Below, one piece after another: positions 1-8,778 of a DNA stretch of 20,684 nucleotides. Under the pieces are notes generated by a model that was given only the letters and a program-made list of their open reading frames with translations, did not search any database and was not told the DNA's origin. Every line of letters starts with the position of its first letter. Position 1 is the stretch's first letter. A program made the position numbers and the translations under genes. The DNA lies in contig CAYWJO010000053.1 of assembly GCA_964458565.1 (NCBI GenBank), forward strand, positions 1 through 20,684, given 5' to 3'. This stretch comes from an uncultured archaeon. GTDB taxonomy: Archaea > Asgardarchaeota > Thorarchaeia > Thorarchaeales > Thorarchaeaceae.

Positions 1-935
1 CTGCTGAATCCTTGGGGGTACTCAAATTCAACAGGTTTCCCATTCAATTGCTGAGTTCCCCAGATTGTATCATGTTTCTCCTTTGGCCAGTTTTCTAGTA
101 AATCTGGTCCAATTCCAATATGATCTGGCCCTATAAGATTTGAAATATATTCGATATGCCGTACCATATCCTCCACAGACACATGTCCATTTATTTTCAG
201 AAAAGAAGGCAAACAATGTATTCCTATGACTCCACCTGACTTACCAACTAACTCAATTACTTTATCATCCAAATTTCTTGGGTGATCACAAAGCGCTCTT
301 ACATTAGAATTCGAAACGATCACAGGGTCACTTGTTATTTCTAAAACATCAAGACATCCTGTATGTGACATTTGAGCTAAATCAATCACCATTCCGATTC
401 GATTCATTTCTTTAACAACATCAATTCCAAAATGAGTAAGACCACCTGCATTTCGGTCAGCACAACTATCGGATATTTGATTTCGAATATTCGCAGTTAG
501 ATGCATACAACGAATTCCAAGCTTATAGAATATCCTGAGTAATGAAAGATCCTCTTTTATTGGTGAGCCACCCTGCAAACACAAGATAATACCAAGTTTA
601 TCTTCGGTCTTTAACACTTCAACATCATTTATACTCTCAATGATTTTGAGATTAGAAGCACTTTCAACTGCTTCTTGCAACATGCAATCAATTCCATGTA
701 ATGCTCGTTCCATTGGGTCTGCAAATGAAAGCATCTTTTTCAACGGAAAGGTCGAAAACATCCTAGTGCGGCCACCTACATGATCACAAATGATATTCAC
801 TCCACCGGCTTTCAGACTGGGTAAATGTCGATTTTCTAAGACACGTTTTTCACCCCAGCTTCTACGTTCTGCAATATCAATCAGATAATCGGTATGGGCA
901 AGAACAACCAAGTCATTATAATCTACATTTGTCAT
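1..935 (-). CDS. Membrane dipeptidase (peptidase M19, amidohydrolase fold) family protein, 3'-truncated by the window edge; several metal ligands substituted
   Basis: Absent from the ORF track; translated by hand from ATG at 935 (AGGTGA upstream): MTNVDYNDLVVLAHTD...HLPSLKAGGV...LCLQGG...FYKLGIR...GMVIDLAQMS...PVIVSNSNVRALCDHPRNL...GPDHIGIGPD, the typical M19 motif order. Confidence 0.88.
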   Translation of the reverse strand, partial: MTNVDYNDLVVLAHTDYLIDIAERRSWGEKRVLENRHLPSLKAGGVNIICDHVGGRTRMFSTFPLKKMLSFADPMERALHGIDCMLQEAVESASNLKIIESINDVEVLKTEDKLGIILCLQGGSPIKEDLSLLRIFYKLGIRCMHLTANIRNQISDSCADRNAGGLTHFGIDVVKEMNRIGMVIDLAQMSHTGCLDVLEITSDPVIVSNSNVRALCDHPRNLDDKVIELVGKSGGVIGIHCLPSFLKINGHVSVEDMVRHIEYISNLIGPDHIGIGPDLLENWPKEKHDTIWGTQQLNGKPVEFEYPQGFS

Positions 936-955
936 TGAATCACCTTTTTTTATGT

Positions 956-2305
956 TTAAGATACCAGAAGATTTGCAAGGATAGCAACATTGTTGCAAGT
1001 TTCCAAGGATTTGATAATATCTCTCAATTCCTTAGCTTTATTCTGAGATATAGCGTTTGTTGAAAGATTGAAGAATTTTTTATCAAGTTCCATTGGAGTC
1101 ATATCCCGTGGACGTCTTACATACTCGCTTTCTATCTTAGACCTATCATTGAGATGAATCTCAATCTTAGCAGCCATTCGATGGTCAAGCCCCATCTTTT
1201 CTAACTCCGGGTCTATAACAATCTGTACTCGACCAATCATTTTCCTAATATCAGATGAATTAATCCTTTCTTCCGAATATTGATTAATACCAAGCTCACC
1301 ATCTAATAAAAACGCAGCTGCAGCATAATTCATGCTCATCTGAGCGGACGATATGTTGTCATACTGAGCTCCAACATTATTTTTCAAAGCGCCGCTAGTT
1401 GTTTTGATAACCACGGATTCTATTTTCGTTGAATCGATATCATTAGCTGATAATATTCCTGCAATCGCATCAGCGACAGCATGAAAGCTTGTGCAATTTG
1501 GATATTTTTTCAAAACTAAGTTGCTCATTAGATATTTAGTTCCTAAATCTGCCGTTATATTGTCAATGGTAGGGTCTGAGGAGTGTGCGGTACAAAAACC
1601 ACCCTGTTTAGATTCAAAGATGTCACGATATCCAGTAAATCCTTTTCCTGCAAGAAAAGCAGCCATTAATCCTCCTTGAGCTGATCTTGCGTTTACAACA
1701 CGTTTAGCCATAGCTTTGAATCCAAATGTCAACAAACCCCCGACATATGGTCCACATATTCCGAGTGCGTTAACCATTTCATCTATACTAAGACCTAAAA
1801 TCTTACTGGCCGCTGCAGCAGCTCCAAAAGTCGAACAAATAGCTGTACCATTCCATCCATGAAGGACGGACCAACCAAGACCACTTCGAACTCTAGCGGA
1901 TATTTCATGACCAATCACTACCGCAGTTATCATGTCTTTACCAGAAACAGAATCCAATTTCTCCGCTGTAGCTAAAGCGGATGTCACTACGAGTGCTCCA
2001 GGATGAATACCAGTTGGCACATATGTATCATCATATTCAAAGGCATTAACTGCATTTGCATTTGCAAATACGGCATTGACGCAAGGGACCTTCGCTTTAT
2101 GACCCCAGAGAGTCGCTTCCTTAGAGCCACCCCATTCCTTCACCATTTCTGCTACAACGGAAACCCATGGTTTTGTAGACCCAAAGAGTCCACAACCAAA
2201 CATATCAAGTATATTATCTTTTGCAGCTTCAACGAATTGTCTTGGAATGTCATTGAATTTCAATTCGTGAATCCAATTAGCAAGAACCTCACTAACCGTT
2301 TGCAT
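956..2305 (-). CDS. MmgE/PrpD family protein (2-methylcitrate dehydratase / iminodisuccinate epimerase-like)
   Basis: EYDD...HPG, KxYPxC, AQxSxxY motifs; about 450 aa; start placed at ATG 2305 (MQTVS), downstream of AGGTGA. Confidence 0.9.
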   Translation of the reverse strand: MQTVSEVLANWIHELKFNDIPRQFVEAAKDNILDMFGCGLFGSTKPWVSVVAEMVKEWGGSKEATLWGHKAKVPCVNAVFANANAVNAFEYDDTYVPTGIHPGALVVTSALATAEKLDSVSGKDMITAVVIGHEISARVRSGLGWSVLHGWNGTAICSTFGAAAAASKILGLSIDEMVNALGICGPYVGGLLTFGFKAMAKRVVNARSAQGGLMAAFLAGKGFTGYRDIFESKQGGFCTAHSSDPTIDNITADLGTKYLMSNLVLKKYPNCTSFHAVADAIAGILSANDIDSTKIESVVIKTTSGALKNNVGAQYDNISSAQMSMNYAAAAFLLDGELGINQYSEERINSSDIRKMIGRVQIVIDPELEKMGLDHRMAAKIEIHLNDRSKIESEYVRRPRDMTPMELDKKFFNLSTNAISQNKAKELRDIIKSLETCNNVAILANLLVS

Positions 2306-2327
2306 GAATATCACCTAGAGTATTATT

Positions 2328-2648
2328 TCATTCATCTGGATCAACACGACGCATCTTGAATACGACTGGACGCGCTGCGTCAGGACATGCGTGCTCAACA
2401 ATACCCTCTTTATTCCATGGAAAATCGAAACCAGCTCTCATGGGAAGTACCTTGTACATCATTGACGCGAGAGCACTGTAACAGATAACACCGTCAATCT
2501 CACCCTCCTTGAATACAAGTTTATCTCCAGGTTTATAATACCTACAAGGACCTTTGCCTGCTGTATCTTCACCTTGTAGACCATGAACTGATTTCACTAC
2601 AGCTTCAACATTGTAGGTTTTATAATTCGGTTTTTTTAGCTTGCTCAT
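2328..2648 (-). CDS. Small Cys-containing protein, TIGR04076-like
   Basis: GPC..YKPGD...IC..AL...F.W...CPD..RPVVFK pattern. Confidence 0.75.
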   Translation of the reverse strand: MSKLKKPNYKTYNVEAVVKSVHGLQGEDTAGKGPCRYYKPGDKLVFKEGEIDGVICYSALASMMYKVLPMRAGFDFPWNKEGIVEHACPDAARPVVFKMRRVDPDE

Positions 2649-2702
2649 AATAATTCCTCAAAAAAAAGAAGATATTCCTAGAAATAAGTATTTTTGAAGA
2701 AA

Positions 2703-3533
2703 TTATTCCTTAATTATTCCTAATTTATACACACAAGCAAGATGTCGCTTACATTGAGGACAACCCCTTCGGCATTCAATCAGACTCTCAGGAATTGCAC
2801 TTGTGCTTGAACCTTTTATGTTTGTAACAAGATTGAAGATATTCTCTACGTCTGCTTCTTCGCCCTCAACGACTAAAGTCGTTGCTCCTTCAGCTCCTTC
2901 AATACCTCCTGCACCTATCACAGTCACATTTACATTAGCAAGCTCCATCAATGCTTCTCGTTCAGTTACTAATTCACCAAAAATCGGTATTAATCCAACA
3001 GCTGCACCAAATGATTTGTCAATAGTAGTACGTCCTGCTGCTAGAACAGCATCACGAATCGTGCCGGGTATTAGCTTCTCCAGTCCTGATGCAATTATAA
3101 CTTTGGACCCTTGAGTCATAAATCCTGCAACTGCTTTTCCAGGTATATGACCTAAGGGTGCCGCAGCCATCATCGCGGCATCGCCATTCTTATCAATAGC
3201 ATTCGCACTAGCTATAATGATATCATCCCTACCAAACCCTGCCACTATTTCATCGATCGTAGCATCAACATTTTCTATGTTTTTACCTTCGATTAGAATA
3301 CAGTGAGCATTATCCACCCTCCGAAGAGTATTCATTGTCCCTCTTGGAGTGATTCGTCCTCCGATTCTCAATGGATGGCCTGTCAATTCTTCTGCAATCG
3401 CGGAAACGGTAGTCCCCCCTTTAAGTAGAACCTTTCCCTTAGAGAGTGCCTTTTGGACATCGATTCGCTTACAAATGCCTAGAGCAATAATTCGTTTTGC
3501 CTCTGCAACTGTGAGAGTTATTTGTATCTTCAT
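2703..3533 (-). CDS. Conserved hypothetical protein (possible CoA-transferase/RpiA-like fold) with C-terminal CxxxCxxCx4C cluster
   Basis: LTVxExKRxIA N-terminus, KGGTT, ANAID, GLEKLIP, GAGGIxGAEG; Cys-rich tail CRRGCPQCKRHLAC; operonic position. Confidence 0.65.
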   Translation of the reverse strand: MKIQITLTVAEAKRIIALGICKRIDVQKALSKGKVLLKGGTTVSAIAEELTGHPLRIGGRITPRGTMNTLRRVDNAHCILIEGKNIENVDATIDEIVAGFGRDDIIIASANAIDKNGDAAMMAAAPLGHIPGKAVAGFMTQGSKVIIASGLEKLIPGTIRDAVLAAGRTTIDKSFGAAVGLIPIFGELVTEREALMELANVNVTVIGAGGIEGAEGATTLVVEGEEADVENIFNLVTNIKGSSTSAIPESLIECRRGCPQCKRHLACVYKLGIIKE

Positions 3534-3555
3534 GAACTACCACCCAATAGGATGA

Positions 3556-4536
3556 TTATTTCACCGTTCGATCAATCCTTGCAACTGTTATGATGTTATT
3601 TCCAGGATACGCTACTGGAGATGCAGGAACACCAAGAATCGTGCCATCCTGAGGAGATAATATCTTTTCAAGCTCATTACCGAATAAATCGACAATGCTA
3701 GCAAGATGATCTCCTTCCTTAACTTCCTGTTTAATCCTACATTTTTCTGTTGTGATGATGAGACCTCCATACCCACAACGAATATTGGTGCCTTTCAAAA
3801 CACCCCATTCACCCGCTGATTCATGTTCTCCATCAAACATATTGATATAACGCATTACATTTACTATTGCATGAATAAAGGTGTCAACGTTCTGATCTAG
3901 AGTATCAGGCATACGATTATTTGATCCACCCAATTCAAGTATAACAGCTGGAATTCCTTCAGCACCGCATGAATTTAGAAGCGTATTTGGATGATGGCTT
4001 TCGTGTAATAATTTCCAGGTGGGACCAACCGCTTTCCCTAGTTCTATCGATTTTGGATCATCACTAACCATGATGCGATTAATCAGGTAGAATAAGCCCC
4101 CACCACCATGTAAGGAAACCACATAATCCATATGCTTTACGAGTTGTGTGAAATATACATGTACAAATCTTTGAGAAATTGAACCATTTGCTAACCCAGG
4201 GAATAGTCTATTCATGTCGTAATTATATCGTTCATCGGGATTTCCACGAGTACCAGATTCATATGCGCGTATATTAAGAACAGGAACGCCAATAATTGTA
4301 CCTGATAATTCTTCAGGTTTTATTTGATTCATTATTTTTACTACGGCTAAAGAACCCTCAGTTTCATCGCCATGGCAACATGCTTCTAAGAGAAGTGTTG
4401 GACCCGGTTTATGGCCATTTACAACAATTACCGGAATGCCAAGCGGAGAACCATCAGATCTTGTCGACACTGAGAGCCAACCAGAAAACCGTTCTCCTCT
4501 TTTTCCTATTAATTGAGGAATATCATCAATATACAT
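3556..4536 (-). CDS. Succinylglutamate desuccinylase/aspartoacylase (AstE/AspA, M14-like) family deacylase
   Basis: HGDE, DMNRLFPG, SLH, ELGG motifs and a C-terminal barrel-sandwich hybrid segment (SPQDG); ATG at 4536 preferred over the upstream GTG. Confidence 0.9.
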   Translation of the reverse strand: MYIDDIPQLIGKRGERFSGWLSVSTRSDGSPLGIPVIVVNGHKPGPTLLLEACCHGDETEGSLAVVKIMNQIKPEELSGTIIGVPVLNIRAYESGTRGNPDERYNYDMNRLFPGLANGSISQRFVHVYFTQLVKHMDYVVSLHGGGGLFYLINRIMVSDDPKSIELGKAVGPTWKLLHESHHPNTLLNSCGAEGIPAVILELGGSNNRMPDTLDQNVDTFIHAIVNVMRYINMFDGEHESAGEWGVLKGTNIRCGYGGLIITTEKCRIKQEVKEGDHLASIVDLFGNELEKILSPQDGTILGVPASPVAYPGNNIITVARIDRTVK

Positions 4537-4604
4537 TTTAATTTTCCACAAAAAATGAATATGACATAGAATATATAAAGGTGATTTTTATTATTCTATA
4601 AAAT
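4537..4604. promoter_or_regulatory. Compact divergent promoter with a shared TATA box
   Basis: ATATATAAA at 4571-4579, about 26-34 bp upstream of ATG 4605 and about 35-43 bp from ATG 4536; 8-bp inverted repeat ATAGAATA (4566-4573) / TATTCTAT (4592-4599). Confidence 0.55.
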
Positions 4605-6065
4605 ATGACAGAACCTCATAAATTTAAAATATATAATAATCTCCAGAGGAATAAATCCATTATTTTTTCCGAAATAAAAGATGCGATTAATTCCCTAGGA
4701 ATTCCTGAAGATGTGAAAGGAAGTTTCGGATTGGGTGGAGGATCTGGTACACCACCTACAATACCGATAGATGTTCTTGATGCAATGCACTCTGCAAGTC
4801 GTAAGGTAATTTCACTTGCAACTTTAGCTGATGAAGTGCGAACACTTGTCAAGGATGTTTATGGAGATTCATACGATGCTGTAGCAACAAGTACTGCAGA
4901 AGCCGCTCTTTGGGTATCCTACGAAGCTTTGTTTACACCGCCGATTCAAGGCAGAGGTGATACGTATCACTCTGCTTACATAGCACCATATGAAAGACAT
5001 CTTCATCACCAAGGAGGGTATGGAAGACCATTTCCACCTAAATACAAGGATCTATTCTCAGATCGTGGAGTTACTTCAGGTGATTTAGGAGTCCAAGGAA
5101 AGAGGTTATCAAACCTTGAAACGTTGATAGTCCCACTTGAAGGAGCAAGATATGAGGTTCATGGAATTAAATACCACACTATTCCAATGTTGACAACAGT
5201 AGATCCGGATAAATCAATTGAAAAAATTAAAATCGTGGCTGATAGACACATTAGCAAATTAGCAGGATTTACATCACTTGGTTATGATACGATAGGATAT
5301 GGATATGATATCAAAGATAGAGATGGAGCTCCAAAATTACAGAAATTAATTGGTAAAACAGCACAAGAGTATAATGTGCCATATATTTGTGATAATGCGA
5401 GAGGACTACCCTTTGGAGGAACTGATCCACGAAAGACTCATGCAGATGTTATTCTGTATAGTATGGACAAAGCTGCTGGAGGTCCAACATGTGGTCTTGT
5501 AATTGGAAAGGAAGATGTAATGATTCCTATTCGAAAAGCTATGGGTGTACATGGTGCTCGTCAAGGAACAACATCTGCATTTGGAAAAGCAGGGTATGTC
5601 ATGGCTGATCCTGGGAAAGAGGCATTAGCAGGATTGGTTGTTTGTTTAAGAAAACTAAAAGAAAATCCAGATCGTTTCAAGAAGAACATTGAAACACTTC
5701 ATGGAATTGTAACTGATGAATTCAGTAAATCAGAATTACTATCACAAGATGGAGTAAGAGTTACAAAATCATACAATGGAGTCTCAGTTGAAGTCAATTA
5801 TGTTGACACGTGGACTACTGAAAAACAAGGATTACCCATATTTAGCATAGAAGATATGTACGCAGGTACAAATCTGATTCAATACGGTTTAGCACAAGCA
5901 GGAATTCGACCCCCCCTGAGTTATGATGGAAATATCTTCATAGTGTTTGGCCAAGCTAATCTAGATAATGAAGACAAAATAATTCCCGAGATTTACGAAT
6001 ATGCTGTGAGAGGGCTCGCAAGAACTATGGAAATAATTGCAAAATGGGGTATCAATCCAAATTGA
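4605..6065 (+). CDS. Fold-type I PLP-dependent enzyme, SelA/DgaE-like
   Basis: PYICDNA (PLP-binding Asp) and ADVILYSMDKAAGGPTCGLVIGK, resembling the SelA-family S-x-D-K-x-x-GGP-x-x-G motif. Confidence 0.75.
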   Translation: MTEPHKFKIYNNLQRNKSIIFSEIKDAINSLGIPEDVKGSFGLGGGSGTPPTIPIDVLDAMHSASRKVISLATLADEVRTLVKDVYGDSYDAVATSTAEAALWVSYEALFTPPIQGRGDTYHSAYIAPYERHLHHQGGYGRPFPPKYKDLFSDRGVTSGDLGVQGKRLSNLETLIVPLEGARYEVHGIKYHTIPMLTTVDPDKSIEKIKIVADRHISKLAGFTSLGYDTIGYGYDIKDRDGAPKLQKLIGKTAQEYNVPYICDNARGLPFGGTDPRKTHADVILYSMDKAAGGPTCGLVIGKEDVMIPIRKAMGVHGARQGTTSAFGKAGYVMADPGKEALAGLVVCLRKLKENPDRFKKNIETLHGIVTDEFSKSELLSQDGVRVTKSYNGVSVEVNYVDTWTTEKQGLPIFSIEDMYAGTNLIQYGLAQAGIRPPLSYDGNIFIVFGQANLDNEDKIIPEIYEYAVRGLARTMEIIAKWGINPN

Positions 6066-6088
6066 TATGAAATTTGAAGGTGATTAAA

Positions 6089-7159
6089 ATGGATTATGTC
6101 GAAAGCATGCTGGAAGTGATTGGGAATACACCTCTTCTTAAGTTGAATCGAATCGGTAAGGATGTAAAAGCCAATGTCTTTGTGAAATTGGAGCATCTCA
6201 ATCCTAGTGGGAGCTATAAGGACAGAATGGCACTCTCTATGGTCGAGGCTGCTGAGAGGGGGGAAACATGGAATGGTAAAAGACTCAAACCCGGAGGTGT
6301 TGTTTGTGATGCATCCGCAGGAAATACAGCTCCAGCTCTTGCATTTATCTGTGCTATGAAAGGATATGAGATTAGATTATGCTCCTATGCTCATTTTCTT
6401 CATTCAGATGATAAGAAGAAGAGTGCCAGACTAAAAATTAGTTCCGCATTTGGAGCAAACCATTACCCCTGTCCACTACCAGATGATAGTATACTAGAAC
6501 AATTTGATGATGAAAAGGAACGCAGATTCGCAATAATTATTGCAGGGAAACATCACATGTATCAAATGGAACGTGATGATCCAGATGTCATATGGGTCGA
6601 TCAGATTTATAATGACGCAAATTGGAAAGGCCAGATGGCCATGGGGGAGGAGATTTACAAGCAACTCGATGGCAAAATTGATGCATGGGGTGCATCAATA
6701 GGGTCTGGCGCAACATTTCTTGGAGTAGCCACAGCATTGAAAAACCACGGTGTAGAACCATATACATTTGGAGTCGTACCTGATGAAGGAACAAGTCTTG
6801 TAGATATTAGCACAGGTATTATGGATAGTACAACAATGGGTAGACCACCATTGAGGATGAAGATATGCGAAATGTTGAACCTCGAGAAATGGTGCACAGA
6901 AGATTCCATTGTTGAGAAGGTATACAAGGCAGGATATCCGCATAAGTGGTTTGGCGTGACTCAAGAAGATGCACGAAATATGGCAAATAGATTATGTCAA
7001 GAAGAGGGAATCTATTGTGGTATGTCATCAGGTGCAAATGTTTATGCAGCGATGAAAATTGCTGAGGGACTTGACGAGGGTCAAAATGTCGTTACGGTCA
7101 TTGTTGACAGAAGAGACCGCTATTTGGATGAATATCCAAACGATAAGTATGTAGTCTAA
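6089..7159 (+). CDS. Cysteine synthase / cystathionine beta-synthase family PLP enzyme (fold type II), divergent
   Basis: IGNTPL, KLE.LNPSGSYKDR, SAGNT, GSGAT, EEGI.CG.SSGAN, D...RYL; ATG 6089 after AGGTGA. Confidence 0.88.
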   Translation: MDYVESMLEVIGNTPLLKLNRIGKDVKANVFVKLEHLNPSGSYKDRMALSMVEAAERGETWNGKRLKPGGVVCDASAGNTAPALAFICAMKGYEIRLCSYAHFLHSDDKKKSARLKISSAFGANHYPCPLPDDSILEQFDDEKERRFAIIIAGKHHMYQMERDDPDVIWVDQIYNDANWKGQMAMGEEIYKQLDGKIDAWGASIGSGATFLGVATALKNHGVEPYTFGVVPDEGTSLVDISTGIMDSTTMGRPPLRMKICEMLNLEKWCTEDSIVEKVYKAGYPHKWFGVTQEDARNMANRLCQEEGIYCGMSSGANVYAAMKIAEGLDEGQNVVTVIVDRRDRYLDEYPNDKYVV

Positions 7160-7176
7160 CAAGAAGGTGTAAGAAT

Positions 7177-8346
7177 ATGCCAATTAATCTTCAAAGAGCT
7201 CAAAAAATAATGAATGAGAGGGGTCTTGATGCCGTATTAGCATCATCCCCAGAGAATTTCTTCTATGCTAGCGATCTATATATTCCCTTCATAGATCGCT
7301 TTAGAGGATTCCTAAGTGGACTTGGGGCATTTGCGTTAATTCCAAGAGAAGGAGATCTGGTTGTATCTACTACTGCATTAGATGCAGATTTAGCTAAAAT
7401 TACCTCTCCTATCAAAGATATTAGATTCACACGAACCTGGGCATATTTTCAGAGAGATGGTGCTCATGAAATCGAGGTCTACGAGAATCCGGTTGAATCA
7501 TTCAAGGAGATTGTCAAGGAGAAAGGTTTCACAAAAGGGAAAATCGGTATTGAAGAAAAAACGTTACCTATTGTAGATTACAGAGCAATATCAAGTAATT
7601 TGCCTGATGTAGAGTTTGTTGATGCATCTAAGACCTTACTAGATATTAGAGCTGTGAAAATACCAGAGGAAATAGAGAGAATACGGAAAGCATGCAAGAT
7701 CTCAGAAATAGCATTCGATGCCGCCTTCTCGATTTGCCATGAAGGAACATCAGAAGCGCAAATCCTCGGTGCATTTCAACAATCAGTATTGGATCAGCTA
7801 GGATATATCCCTAAAGGAATTCTACATCAGAATTTCACAATCGGTGTTCATTCAGCTACAGTAAGAAGAGGTGAACCGCTTGACTTGAAATTGAAAAAAG
7901 GTGATGTTATGCGATTCGATGGTGGGGCAATATACAAGGGATATCGCTGCGACTTTGCCAGGACGCATGTATTAGGGAAAGCGGATGAGAAAGTTAAGAA
8001 AGTTTACCATGCACTTGTAAAAGCTGAAGAAAAAATCATTGACATGATAAAACCAGGTATAAAATTCTCGGATCTGTATGAAGTTGGATTGAAGACAGTA
8101 CAAGAAAGTGGCTATCCTGACTTCATGAGAAAACATTTTGGTCATGGACTTGGGCTTATTACTGAAGAAGACCCCTTGATTGGACCAAATAATAATACAC
8201 TTGTCCAAGAAGATATGGTTCTTTGTGTTGAAGTCCCCTATTACTGGACCGGAGTAGGTGGTTTCAATGCTGAAGATGTCATGAGAGTACACTCTGATGG
8301 AGTCGAAGTGTTAACACCAAATCTGAGTAAAGAATTAGAGATTTGA
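7177..8346 (+). CDS. Xaa-Pro peptidase (M24B, creatinase/prolidase N-domain) family
   Basis: LDAVLASSPENFFY, RAVK.PEEI, D..G..Y.GY..D..RT, GHGLG, E.P, G...ED; metal ligands appear intact. Confidence 0.92.
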   Translation: MPINLQRAQKIMNERGLDAVLASSPENFFYASDLYIPFIDRFRGFLSGLGAFALIPREGDLVVSTTALDADLAKITSPIKDIRFTRTWAYFQRDGAHEIEVYENPVESFKEIVKEKGFTKGKIGIEEKTLPIVDYRAISSNLPDVEFVDASKTLLDIRAVKIPEEIERIRKACKISEIAFDAAFSICHEGTSEAQILGAFQQSVLDQLGYIPKGILHQNFTIGVHSATVRRGEPLDLKLKKGDVMRFDGGAIYKGYRCDFARTHVLGKADEKVKKVYHALVKAEEKIIDMIKPGIKFSDLYEVGLKTVQESGYPDFMRKHFGHGLGLITEEDPLIGPNNNTLVQEDMVLCVEVPYYWTGVGGFNAEDVMRVHSDGVEVLTPNLSKELEI

Positions 8347-8357
8347 AGGTGCTAGTG

Positions 8358-8759
8358 ATGAAATATGAGAGGAATTTCTTAAAACCGAGAGAGAGTGAAG
8401 ATATACCACATCACGACAGCAAAATCATCAAGCAGACTGGTATGTCATATGTTCTTTTAGACAATATGCATCATCCAGATGCGGATCTAAGAATTACGAC
8501 AAGATACATTGAGAATGTGCCGAAAGAAGCTCCTGCTTATGTCGAGCTCCATACTCATGACGTAGATCAAGTCTTCATATTTCTCAGTTATCCAGGAAAT
8601 CCCGAACCAATGAAAATAGAAGTCATCTTTGAAGAAGAAGTGTATAATGTAGAAGCTCCCATCACAGTGTTTATTCCTAAGAATGTACCTCATACTCAAA
8701 GGGTCCTGAGTGGTAGAGGTAGACTAGTGACGATTCTGAAAAAAGGGACTTATCCCTAG
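8358..8759 (+). CDS. Cupin-domain protein
   Basis: HTHDVDQ and FIPKNVPH cupin motifs; ATG 8358 after AGGTG. Confidence 0.8.
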   Translation: MKYERNFLKPRESEDIPHHDSKIIKQTGMSYVLLDNMHHPDADLRITTRYIENVPKEAPAYVELHTHDVDQVFIFLSYPGNPEPMKIEVIFEEEVYNVEAPITVFIPKNVPHTQRVLSGRGRLVTILKKGTYP

Positions 8760-8778
8760 ATTCAGATTCGTGACTATT

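Noticed and set aside
6063-6088. Selenocysteine readthrough of the TGA stop of the SelA-like gene
   Set aside because: The next gene has its own SD and start in a different frame, and there is no SECIS evidence.
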